This document shows positions 1-9,444 of a DNA stretch of 64,000 bases, piece after piece (positions within the stretch are counted from its first letter, which is position 1; each line of letters opens with the position of its first letter). The notes under the pieces are model-generated. The model ran no database searches. It saw nothing but the letters and a program-made list of their open reading frames with translations, and was not told the DNA's origin. Origin of the DNA: Myxococcota bacterium (lineage in GTDB: Bacteria > Myxococcota_A > UBA796 > SXON01); contig JAZKFH010000003.1 in NCBI GenBank assembly GCA_040386535.1, positions 225,088 to 289,087 on the forward strand, given 5' to 3'. The position numbers were made by a program, and so were the translations under genes.

Positions 1-1083
<1,083 letters not shown>

Positions 1084-1090
1084 TCGCCCG

Positions 1091-1126
1091 GGTCAGGGTC
1101 CCGCTTTGTCTGTTTGGACCCTGACC
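1091..1126 (+). terminator. 11-bp inverted repeat (GGTCAGGGTCC/GGACCCTGACC) after the lectin gene; possible terminator hairpin
   Basis: Perfect stem just after the stop codon; no U-tract follows. Confidence 0.4.
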
Positions 1127-1217
1127 GTCCGCGAGCCCACGACCTTGGGCTCCGCGTGCGCACCTTCGATGTGAATGTCTCCCCGTCCCCACACGTCTAC
1201 CGGTGCAGGAGGAACAC

Positions 1218-1643
1218 ATGATCCGCGCCGCAACCACCCCCCTCTTTGCGTTCCTGGCCTCCGCCGCCCTCTCCGGCTGCTTCGTCTACGCCGACACGCC
1301 CAAGCCGGTGGCGAACATCGCGCCCGAGATCGTGTACGCCGACGCGGGCTGTTACCCCGACGACTACTACCACGACTTCGTCTGGTACTTCGACGCGGAC
1401 GTGGAGGACTACGACGGCTCGAACGACGTGTACGAGGTCTTCGTCGACGTGTACGACGACTGGACCGGCGAGTGGATCGACGGGTTCGACCTGCTCCCCG
1501 AGGAGGGCGTCACCTGGTACAGCGCGTGGGTCGGCAGCTCGACCTACCTCGACTGCACCTATTCCGGGTACGTCGTGGACTTCACGGCGGTCGACATCTT
1601 CGGCGCGGCCGACGTCGTCACCGTGTACCCCGCGACCTGGTAG
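1218..1643 (+). CDS. Acidic lipoprotein of unknown function
   Basis: AGGAGG RBS before ATG 1218; hydrophobic leader with lipobox LSGC. Confidence 0.75.
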   Translation: MIRAATTPLFAFLASAALSGCFVYADTPKPVANIAPEIVYADAGCYPDDYYHDFVWYFDADVEDYDGSNDVYEVFVDVYDDWTGEWIDGFDLLPEEGVTWYSAWVGSSTYLDCTYSGYVVDFTAVDIFGAADVVTVYPATW

Positions 1644-1732
1644 CCGCGCCGGGCCGAGTCGCCGCGCTACGCCAAGAGCGATGCGCGGACAGCGCCTTGC
1701 CGTACGTCGGGTCGCGCTTACCATTCCAGGTC

Positions 1733-1987
1733 ATGGCCAAGGTCACGATCTACTCCTCCGATTTCTGCGGCTACTGCCGCGCGGCGAAGCGCCTCTTCGA
1801 GTCCAAGGGCATCCCCTACGAGGAGATCGACCTCTCGGGGGACGACGCGGGGAGGGACGCGCTGCGCGTGCGCACCGGCCGCACCTCGGTGCCCCAGATC
1901 TTCGTGGGCGAGGTGCACGTAGGCGGGTTCGACGACCTGCGCGCGCTCGACCTGAAGGGCGGGCTCCAGCCGCTTCTCGACGCCTGA
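1733..1987 (+). CDS. grxC: Glutaredoxin 3
   Basis: CGYC active site, TSVPQIF, GGFDDL; 84 aa. Confidence 0.9.
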   Translation: MAKVTIYSSDFCGYCRAAKRLFESKGIPYEEIDLSGDDAGRDALRVRTGRTSVPQIFVGEVHVGGFDDLRALDLKGGLQPLLDA

Positions 1988-1997
1988 TCCGGTGGGG

Positions 1998-2585
1998 ATG
2001 CCGCCCCTCTGGTGGGGCGCCGTCGCCGCATCGCTCGCCTACCTCGTCATCGTCACACGCGGGCTGACCGGGCCAGTGCGTGGCGTAAAGGTGCTGCCGG
2101 CGCTGCTGCTCGCCGGCGTCCTCGCGCCAATCGCGCCGCTCGCGGCCGTCGGCATGGCGTTCTCCGCCGCCGGGGACGCCTTCCTGCTCGACAAGGCGCG
2201 CTTCCTGCTCCACGGGCTGGCGGCGTTCCTGGTCGGGCACCTGCTGTTCGTGCCGGCGTTCATCGGGGCGTCGGGACAGTGGCCCTCGCCGTACGTCGTC
2301 GGCATCCTCGTGGCGCTTGCCACCTCCGTCACGCTGCTGGTGCGCCCCCGGTCGGGGGTGATGCGCGTGGCGGTGCCCGTGTACGCCGTGACGCTGTGCG
2401 CGATGGCCGCGGCCGCGAGCACGCTCGGCACGCTCGGGCTCGTCGGCGGCGTGCTGTTCCTGGCCTCCGACCTGTTGCTCGCGGTGAACCAGTTCAAGCG
2501 CCCGATCCCCGGGCGGGACCTGCTCGTGATGAGCACGTACTACGGTGCGCTCCTCACGTTGACGGCCGGCCTGCTCGCCGCCTGA
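1998..2585 (+). CDS. YhhN/TMEM86 lysoplasmalogenase-family membrane protein
   Basis: FSAAGDAFL, AFLVGHLLF, LFLASDLLLA, MSTYYGA motifs; multiple TM segments. Confidence 0.85.
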   Translation: MPPLWWGAVAASLAYLVIVTRGLTGPVRGVKVLPALLLAGVLAPIAPLAAVGMAFSAAGDAFLLDKARFLLHGLAAFLVGHLLFVPAFIGASGQWPSPYVVGILVALATSVTLLVRPRSGVMRVAVPVYAVTLCAMAAAASTLGTLGLVGGVLFLASDLLLAVNQFKRPIPGRDLLVMSTYYGALLTLTAGLLAA

Positions 2586-2631
2586 CCCCTCGACAGGCTC
2601 TTACAGCGCCCTTGACCCGCCAAGATTCTTT

Positions 2632-2661
2632 TTGCATCCGCCGCCTACGACGTGGTAGAGT
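2632..2661 (+). promoter_or_regulatory. Candidate sigma70-type promoter for minCDE
   Basis: TTGCAT-18 nt-TAGAGT, with an extended -10 TG, in a locally AT-rich gap. Confidence 0.3.
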
Positions 2662-2720
2662 TGGCTATCCCCCCGCTGGGCTCCCTCCCGGCACCCCTCC
2701 CCTCGCTCCCCCATACCGCC

Positions 2721-3629
2721 ATGGCGCACCCTGCCACCACCTCAAGCGCAGCTGCGCCTGTGCGGACCGATCCGCTCACCCTCCGCACGGTCGCGGGCGG
2801 GTCGCTGGTGCTCGAACTGGCGCCGGGAGCGAGCTTCGACACCCTGCGCACGGCCCTCCGCACGGAGCTGGGCGCGGTGCCCGGCAAGTACACGGGTACG
2901 TCCGCGCGGTTCGACCTCGGGCGTCGGGAGATCGACCTGTTCGACCTCCGCCGGCTGGTGCACCTCGTCAAGGACGAGTTCGGCGTGGACATCGTGGGGG
3001 TGTACTGCACCTCCGAGGCGGTCCAGCGGCACGCGGAGCGGGAGCTCAAGCTCAAGGTGCACATCCTGGCCCCCGTGGTCGAGGCCGCGCCGGTGGTCAC
3101 GCCCGCGCAAGCCGCGCCGCTCGCGGGGCAGGCCGAAGAGGGCCCCACTGAGCTCGTACGCGGCGCCAGCGTCGAGGACGATGACGACGCCGAGCAGGAG
3201 GGCGCCGGGCGCGTCCTCACGATCGACGGCACGGTGCGCTCCGGCGCGGTCGTCCGCTTCGCGGGCGACATCCAGGTCTTTGGAGACGTGAACCCGGGCG
3301 CCCAGCTCATCGCGGGCGGAAACGTCCTGGTGTTCGGCGCGCTCAAGGGGCTGGCCCACGCCGGCGCCCGCGGCGATCTCCCCTCCACCACCGGCGTCGG
3401 CCCGGTGATCCTCGCCTTCGACATGCGTCCCACGCAGCTTCGGATCGGCAAGGTCATCCAGCTCCCGGCGCACGCGCCCGACCACGCCGCGCGGCACATC
3501 GCTCCCGAGATCGCGTGGATGTCCAACGGCAGCATCGTGATCGAGCCCTACCGTGGCCGCCTCCCGTCCGCGCCCAGCGCCGCGACGCATGGAGTTTCGG
3601 CCAGCCCCGCATCCAAGGAGTCTTCATGA
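2721..3629 (+). CDS. minC: Septum site-determining protein MinC
   Basis: C-terminal TVRSG...GDVNPGAQLIAGGNVLVFGALKGLAHAG...PTQLRIG...PEIA; lies upstream of minD. Confidence 0.9.
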   Translation: MAHPATTSSAAAPVRTDPLTLRTVAGGSLVLELAPGASFDTLRTALRTELGAVPGKYTGTSARFDLGRREIDLFDLRRLVHLVKDEFGVDIVGVYCTSEAVQRHAERELKLKVHILAPVVEAAPVVTPAQAAPLAGQAEEGPTELVRGASVEDDDDAEQEGAGRVLTIDGTVRSGAVVRFAGDIQVFGDVNPGAQLIAGGNVLVFGALKGLAHAGARGDLPSTTGVGPVILAFDMRPTQLRIGKVIQLPAHAPDHAARHIAPEIAWMSNGSIVIEPYRGRLPSAPSAATHGVSASPASKESS

Positions 3630-4444
3630 GTGAGTGCATCGTCGTCACCTCGGGCAAGGGCGGCGTCGGAAAGACGACGACCACCGCCAACCTGGGCGTG
3701 GCGCTCGCGTTGTTGGGGAAGAAGGTCGTCGTGGTCGACGCGGACATCGGTCTGCGCAACCTCGACGTGATCCTCGGCCTCGAGAACCGAATCGTCTATG
3801 ACCTGGTGCACGTCATCGAGGGCGAGTGCCGCCTACGGCAGGCGCTGATCAAGGACAAGCGTGTCGACACGCTGTTCCTGCTGCCCGCCGCGCAGACCCG
3901 CGACAAGAACGCGGTGAGCCCAGAGGCCATGCGCACGCTGGTCGCGCAGCTCAAGGCCGACTTCGACTACGTCATCATCGACTGCCCCGCGGGCATCGAG
4001 CAGGGCTTCAAGAACGCGATCGCCGGGGCGGACCGCGCCCTCATCGTCGTCACGCCCGAGGTCAGCTCCATTCGTGACGCCGACCGCATCATCGGCCTCG
4101 TCGAGGCCGCCGAGCTCCCCGAGCCGCAGCTCATCGTGAACCGCTTCCGCGCGAAGATGGTCAAGCGCGGTGACATGATGAACAAGGACGACATCCTCGA
4201 GATCCTCGCCATCCCGCTCGTCGGGATGGTCCCGGACCACGAGGACGTGATCGTCAGCGCCAACCGCGGCATGCCGGCGGTGTTCGACGAGAAGTCGATC
4301 GTCGGCGAGGCCTACCGCCGCATCGCCCGCCGCGTCAACGGCGAGACCGACATCCCGTTCGTCGCGCTCGAAGAGCCCGACACCTTCTGGAGCGTCATGA
4401 AGCGCTGGATCGGGCTCGCGCCCGCCAAGGAGGCGACCTCGTGA
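3626..4444 (+). CDS. minD: Septum site-determining ATPase MinD
   Basis: SGKGGVGKTT, DADIGLRNLD, IIDCPAGIEQGF, C-terminal amphipathic helix. Confidence 0.97.
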   Translation: MSECIVVTSGKGGVGKTTTTANLGVALALLGKKVVVVDADIGLRNLDVILGLENRIVYDLVHVIEGECRLRQALIKDKRVDTLFLLPAAQTRDKNAVSPEAMRTLVAQLKADFDYVIIDCPAGIEQGFKNAIAGADRALIVVTPEVSSIRDADRIIGLVEAAELPEPQLIVNRFRAKMVKRGDMMNKDDILEILAIPLVGMVPDHEDVIVSANRGMPAVFDEKSIVGEAYRRIARRVNGETDIPFVALEEPDTFWSVMKRWIGLAPAKEATS

Positions 4445-4728
4445 TGTCCCTCTTCGATCGCCTTTTCTCGGGCAAGAGTTCCCAGTCCGCCGGCTCCAAG
4501 GAGGACGCCAAGTCCCGCCTGAAGATCCTGCTCGTTCACGACCAGGTCGACCTGACCCCCTCGCAGATGAACGCCATGAAGGCGGAGATCCTCGAGGTCA
4601 TCGCGCGCTACTGCGAAGTGGACCGCGAGCATGTCGACGTGCGCCTGGAGAAGGCGGACAATGGCATCAGCGTCGTGAGCTCGGTGCCGGTGCGCCGAGT
4701 CACGTCGCGGACGGCCGAAGCGACCTAG
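4441..4728 (+). CDS. minE: Cell division topological specificity factor MinE
   Basis: AKSRLKILLVHD...MKAEILEVIARY; follows minD. Confidence 0.93.
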   Translation: MMSLFDRLFSGKSSQSAGSKEDAKSRLKILLVHDQVDLTPSQMNAMKAEILEVIARYCEVDREHVDVRLEKADNGISVVSSVPVRRVTSRTAEAT

Positions 4729-4730
4729 TC

Positions 4731-4775
4731 GCCACTCCGACCACAGCTACTCCGACCGCAGCTACTCCGACCAGA
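4731..4775. repeat. 3 x 15-bp tandem repeat (GCTACTCCGACCNNA) overlapping the VOC gene stop codon
   Basis: gccactccgaccaca / gctactccgaccgca / gctactccgaccaga. Confidence 0.7.
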
Positions 4776-5112
4776 CCGCGAGCTCGACCCCGTTCGGATC
4801 GCGGAAGTGGAAGCGGCGCCCGCCCGGGAACGTGAACACCGGGTGCGTGATGCGGCCGCCGTTGGCGACGACGCGGCCCTCGGTGCCGGCGAGGTCGGCC
4901 GCGTAGAGCACCACCAGCACGCCGCCGCCGTCCACCGGGGCGGGGCCGGTGGTGAAGCCGCCGTTCAGCCGACCGTCGCCAAAGCTCTGGTAGTCGGGGC
5001 CGTAGTCCTGGAAGGACCACCCGAAGGCCGCCTCGTAGAAGCGCCGGGCGGCCGCCACGTCGGGGACGGTGAACTCGAGGTAGTCGATACGTTGGTCGTG
5101 CTCGGTGGACAT
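4762..5112 (-). CDS. VOC/glyoxalase family protein
   Basis: IDYLEF...FYEAAFGWSFQDYGPDY...FPGGRRFHFRDPNGVELAVWS. Confidence 0.92.
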   Translation of the reverse strand: MSTEHDQRIDYLEFTVPDVAAARRFYEAAFGWSFQDYGPDYQSFGDGRLNGGFTTGPAPVDGGGVLVVLYAADLAGTEGRVVANGGRITHPVFTFPGGRRFHFRDPNGVELAVWSE

Positions 5113-5213
5113 GCGATGCTCCTCCGCAACCTCTACCCGAGCCTTGAACGCCTGTCCAGTACGCCGGCACCCGCGCGACGATCGGACGATTGCGCGGTAA
5201 GGTTCGGGCGCTG

Positions 5214-6587
5214 ATGGCCACCGTCCTCCTCGCGCACAACTACCACCTCCCGCTCGACCCGCGGGAGGCCCGGGCCGGCAAGCCCTACCCGCCGCTCGGC
5301 ACGCTGGTGAGCGCGGCGATGGCGGAGCGCGCGGGGCACGACGTCGCGGTGTACGACCCGATGTTCACGCCGACCGTGGAGACCTTCGCGGCGGCGCTCG
5401 ACGGGCACCGGCCCACACGGGTAGCGATCCTGGCCGATCCGCACGCCGTGGCGCAGAAGATGTGCCTCACGAGCATGCGCGACGCGGCCTTCACGATGAT
5501 CCGGCTCGCGAAGGAGCGCGGCGCCACCGTGCTCGTGGCGGGGCCTGATACATCGGATCGCCCCGAGATGTATCAGTCCGCGGGCGCCGACGTCGTGGTG
5601 GTCGGCGAGCACGACGCGCCCCTGCTGGCCTGGCTGGGTGGCGCGCCCCTCGCCGGCATCCTGCCCCGCGGCCCGGTGATGACCGATCTGAAGACCCTCC
5701 CCTTCCCCGCCTGGGACAGCGTCGACATGCGCGCCTACGCCCAGCAGTGGCGCGCGAAACACGGCGTGTGGGAGGTGAATGTATCAACCGCCCGCGGCTG
5801 CCCCTATCGGTGCAACTGGTGCGCGAAGCCGACCTGGGGGCGCACCTACCACGCGCGCCCCGCCGAGCACGTCGCGGCCGAGGTCCGCGCGCTCGTGTCC
5901 CGCTACGGGGTCGACCGCATCTGGTTCACCGACGACATCTTCGCGATCAAGCCCGCGTGGCTCGCCGCGTATCGCAAATGTATCGGTGATACACCCATCC
6001 CGTATCGGTGTCTCACGCGCGTGGATCTGCTGCAGGACCCCGCCTATGTCGCCGACCTCGCGGCGAGCGGATGCCGGGAGGTCTGGGTTGGGGTCGAGAG
6101 CGGCGCCCAGCACGTGCTCGACGCGATGGACAAGGACTGCACGGTCGCGGAGATGCGGCGCGCCTCGGAGCTGCTGCGGGACCACGGGATCCGTCGCGGC
6201 TTCTTCCTCCAGCTCGGCTACCCGGGTGAGACGTATCAGGATGTATTGGCGACCGCGCGGCTCATCCGCGAGCTCGGCCCCGAGGAGATCGGCATCACCG
6301 TGAGCTACCCGCTGCCGGGCACGCCGTTCCACGATCGCGTCAAGGACCGCCTGCGCGCGACCAACTGGCAGGCCGCCATGGACAACGAGGTGTTGTTCGA
6401 GTCGGAGTACCCCCAGGCGTTCTACGACGCGGCGCGCGAGCTCATCCGCTCCGAACACGCCTTGATCCGCTTCGAGGCGGATGTGTCACGCGCGGGGGCA
6501 CGCCGGGCCGCGGGCGCGATGTATCACTTGTGTCGGTGGCCGATGCAGCGGGCGAAGCTCGCGGTGCACGCCCGGCGTCACGTGTAG
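5214..6587 (+). CDS. Cobalamin-binding radical SAM protein
   Basis: N-terminal YPPLG B12-binding-type domain; ARGCPYRCNWC; GVESG. Confidence 0.9.
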   Translation: MATVLLAHNYHLPLDPREARAGKPYPPLGTLVSAAMAERAGHDVAVYDPMFTPTVETFAAALDGHRPTRVAILADPHAVAQKMCLTSMRDAAFTMIRLAKERGATVLVAGPDTSDRPEMYQSAGADVVVVGEHDAPLLAWLGGAPLAGILPRGPVMTDLKTLPFPAWDSVDMRAYAQQWRAKHGVWEVNVSTARGCPYRCNWCAKPTWGRTYHARPAEHVAAEVRALVSRYGVDRIWFTDDIFAIKPAWLAAYRKCIGDTPIPYRCLTRVDLLQDPAYVADLAASGCREVWVGVESGAQHVLDAMDKDCTVAEMRRASELLRDHGIRRGFFLQLGYPGETYQDVLATARLIRELGPEEIGITVSYPLPGTPFHDRVKDRLRATNWQAAMDNEVLFESEYPQAFYDAARELIRSEHALIRFEADVSRAGARRAAGAMYHLCRWPMQRAKLAVHARRHV

Positions 6588-7111
6588 AGCTGCTCGGCGG
6601 GGTCGGGATCGGCCGGCCCCCGGTTCCAGAACAGGATGAGCTCGGGCCGGATCTCCGCCACGCGGGCGGCGGTCTCCGCGTCCACCAGGACGATCTCCGG
6701 CTCGGTGCCGCCGTCGATCCACGTGATCGCGCCCCGGCCGCGGCGGAGGTCCTCGGCGAGCCGCTCCGGCAGGTACAACTTCCACGCCTCCTTCCCGTCG
6801 GGGGAGCGGTGGTAGAAGCGCTGGGGGCCGGGGCGGAAGCGGACGCGGTTGGACGAGAGGATCTGCCGGCCCTGCCAGAGCACGGTCTCGCGGCGGGCCT
6901 GCTCCTCCGCCTCCTTTCGGCGGGCGAGGCGCTGCGTCTCCTTGGCGATCCGCTCGGCTTCGCGCTCGGCGGCCTCCCGCCGCTCCAGCACCCGCTTCGC
7001 CTCCTGGTTGCCGTGCTGGACGTTCTGCTCCTTGCGCGCGTCGCGCCCGGCGGCGTCCGCGGCCTTCTTGGAGACGATCCCCGCCTTGAGGAGCTGGTCG
7101 CGCAGGTTCAT
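6578..7111 (-). CDS. DUF2058-like protein
   Basis: N-terminal LRDQLLKAGIV, coiled-coil centre and C-terminal DPDP..Y, as recalled for this family. Confidence 0.7.
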   Translation of the reverse strand: MNLRDQLLKAGIVSKKAADAAGRDARKEQNVQHGNQEAKRVLERREAAEREAERIAKETQRLARRKEAEEQARRETVLWQGRQILSSNRVRFRPGPQRFYHRSPDGKEAWKLYLPERLAEDLRRGRGAITWIDGGTEPEIVLVDAETAARVAEIRPELILFWNRGPADPDPAEQLYT

Positions 7112-7141
7112 GCCACCCTCTAACCGGGGGCTTCGCCCGGT

Positions 7142-8083
7142 TCAGCGCGCGAAGCCCTTGAGGACCTCGAGGTAGTCCACGCCGTTCGGCGGCAGGGGCG
7201 GGCGATAGGCGAACGGCCCGCGGGTCAGCTCGGTCGCGCACGCCGCCCACATCGGGTCGGGGCTCACCTCGTCGAGGAGCCGCGCGAGCGCCTCGGCCTC
7301 GACGAAGCCGCGGGCGAGCACGGACGCGAAGTAGCCGACGAGCTCCGTGTCCGAGAGCTCGATCGAGCCGCGGATTCGCTCCACACCCGCGGCCGAGAGC
7401 TCGCCCGCGCCGTAGAGGGTCAGCGCGGCCTCGAACCACGAGCGAACGGGCACGACGCGCGAGCCGAGCGGCTCGAACAGGGTGATGGGGCGCCCGCGAT
7501 CGAGGCGGATGAAGATGCGGTCGACCGCGTCGGCATGGGACACGTGGCGGAGCGCGGAGAGGGCCTCGACGATGTGGTCCGGGTAGGCGCCCGCGGCCGC
7601 GAGCAGGCGGGAGAGCTCGGTCGGGCCGATGCGGCCGGCGATGGCGTCCGCGTAGACCGAGTACACGAGCGCGTCGACCTCGGCGTCGTCACCGAACAGC
7701 GACTCCCGCACCGCCGCGCCCAGGCCGACCCGCGCGCGCAGGAGCTGCGGCAGCTTGTAGCCGAACTGCCCGCGCACCGCGCGGATGCGGCCCTTGCGCA
7801 GGTTGCCGAGGTTGTCCTTGAGGACGAACTCGTCGAAGCGCACGCCGTCCATCCGCAACTTCTGCTCGAGCACGGGCCGCATCTGGGTCGGCGAGCCCGA
7901 AAGAATGAAGATGCGCGGCCGCCAGCCGGGGCGCTCGCGGGCGAGCTCGCGGAGCAACGCCGGCGCGCCGGGGATCGCCCGCTTGTTGCGCGCGGGCTCG
8001 ATCGCGCTGCGCAGCAGCCCGCGCACCGAGTCGATGTCGGTGTGCAGATACGTCTTGTCGAGGTCCCAGCGGTAGACCTGCAC
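7142..8083 (-). CDS. HAD-fold phosphatase-like protein (App1/DUF2183-like)
   Basis: WDLDKTYL (DxDxT), ILSGSP, K, LFGDDAEVD correspond to HAD motifs I-IV. Confidence 0.7.
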   Translation of the reverse strand: MQVYRWDLDKTYLHTDIDSVRGLLRSAIEPARNKRAIPGAPALLRELARERPGWRPRIFILSGSPTQMRPVLEQKLRMDGVRFDEFVLKDNLGNLRKGRIRAVRGQFGYKLPQLLRARVGLGAAVRESLFGDDAEVDALVYSVYADAIAGRIGPTELSRLLAAAGAYPDHIVEALSALRHVSHADAVDRIFIRLDRGRPITLFEPLGSRVVPVRSWFEAALTLYGAGELSAAGVERIRGSIELSDTELVGYFASVLARGFVEAEALARLLDEVSPDPMWAACATELTRGPFAYRPPLPPNGVDYLEVLKGFAR

Positions 8084-9367
8084 TCAGCCGACCCTCTTGA
8101 GCCCCTTGAGGCGCGCATCCACCCGCGGCGCCATTGCCGCAGCCACCGCGCCATCATGCCCCGGATGCGGCGCGATGTGGAACTCGACCGGCAATCCGCG
8201 CTCGAGACGGGCATCGAGCCCCTTCCCCGCCGGGCCCAACAACATCGATCCGCCGCACTCTACCGTCGTTACGCCCGGAAGCACGGCGTGCAGCTCGGCG
8301 ATCACCCCGCGCATCGTGTCGGCCATCCGATCCAGCGCGGCGATGGCGTGGTCGTCGCCCGCGGTGAGGCCCTCGCGGAGGCGGTGCCCGACCACGCGCG
8401 GATCGAGCGGGGTCCCGAGGCGCCGACCGAGGTCCTCCGCGAGCCCGCGGTTGGACAGGTACGCGCGCGCGGCGCCCGCGAGCGGCAGGTAGGGGTGGGG
8501 CACCGCGTCGGGCCCAGCGTCAACGACGAGCCGGCCCATCTCGGTCGCGTAGACCATGCCGTTGGCGTCGATCCAGCAGCCGCCGAAGCTCGTGCCAATC
8601 TGGAGGCGGACGAGGCGCCGCGCGCCCTGCGCGGAGAGGTGCCGACCCAGGTTCGCCAGATCATTGAAGATCGCGACAGGGCCGTGCACGAGCCCCTCCG
8701 ACACCCGCGCCGCGAACCCGTCGAAGGCGTGCACGTCGCCCACCTTCTCGCGCATCACGGTCGACAGCTCGATCACCCGCCCCCCGACGCCCATCGGGGA
8801 GGCGAAGCCGATGCCGAGCGAGCCGATGCGCTCGCCCTCCCCCACCTCTTCGATGAGGGCCCGGGCGCGGGCCTCCAGCGTGGCGATCCCGTGCTCGCCA
8901 TCGGGCCAGGTCGGCGCCGACGCCACGCGGAGGAGCACGCCGTCACGGAGGACACAGGCCTTCATCCCGGTGCCGCCGATGTCGAGCCCAGCGGCGAGGC
9001 CCTCCGCGGGGACGAACAGGGGCGGCACGTCCACGCTGGGCAGGTCGAAGTCGGGGCGGGTCGGCCGGATGGGCTCGTCGTCGAGGAAGATGCCGACGTG
9101 GTGGATGCGCCGCAGCGCGCCGAGCACGGGCTCGAGCTTCTCCGCGGGCACCGGGGCGAGGAGCTGCGCCGCCGCCGGGTTCGTGAGGATCACGGCGTTG
9201 TGGAGCCGCGCCAGCACGAGGCGCGCGGCGTCCGCGAAGGGAGGCGCGAACAGGATGTAGTCCCGGGCCATCGACGCCGAGGAGTACCCACTGTGGAGAC
9301 GGAGGGTCCACGGGACGGCCCGCGGATGCAGCGCGAGCTCGGCCAGACGGTCATTGAGCGTGATCAT
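8084..9367 (-). CDS. ROK family kinase-like protein with N-terminal extension
   Basis: GLDIGGT, GIGFASP, FNDLAN, IGTSFGG, EMGRL. Confidence 0.75.
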   Translation of the reverse strand: MITLNDRLAELALHPRAVPWTLRLHSGYSSASMARDYILFAPPFADAARLVLARLHNAVILTNPAAAQLLAPVPAEKLEPVLGALRRIHHVGIFLDDEPIRPTRPDFDLPSVDVPPLFVPAEGLAAGLDIGGTGMKACVLRDGVLLRVASAPTWPDGEHGIATLEARARALIEEVGEGERIGSLGIGFASPMGVGGRVIELSTVMREKVGDVHAFDGFAARVSEGLVHGPVAIFNDLANLGRHLSAQGARRLVRLQIGTSFGGCWIDANGMVYATEMGRLVVDAGPDAVPHPYLPLAGAARAYLSNRGLAEDLGRRLGTPLDPRVVGHRLREGLTAGDDHAIAALDRMADTMRGVIAELHAVLPGVTTVECGGSMLLGPAGKGLDARLERGLPVEFHIAPHPGHDGAVAAAMAPRVDARLKGLKRVG

Positions 9368-9444
9368 GGTTCTCCGGCCTATCGCGCGTGAACGGGCGGA
9401 GGCCGGTCCCTTCGTGTCGTTCCGGGGCATGCGCCCCGGGCCGG

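Noticed and set aside
7122..7142. Hairpin AACCGGG...CCCGGTT as a terminator
   Set aside because: It lies between co-oriented, closely spaced genes, overlapping a stop codon and next to the following RBS, with no U-tract; function cannot be supported.
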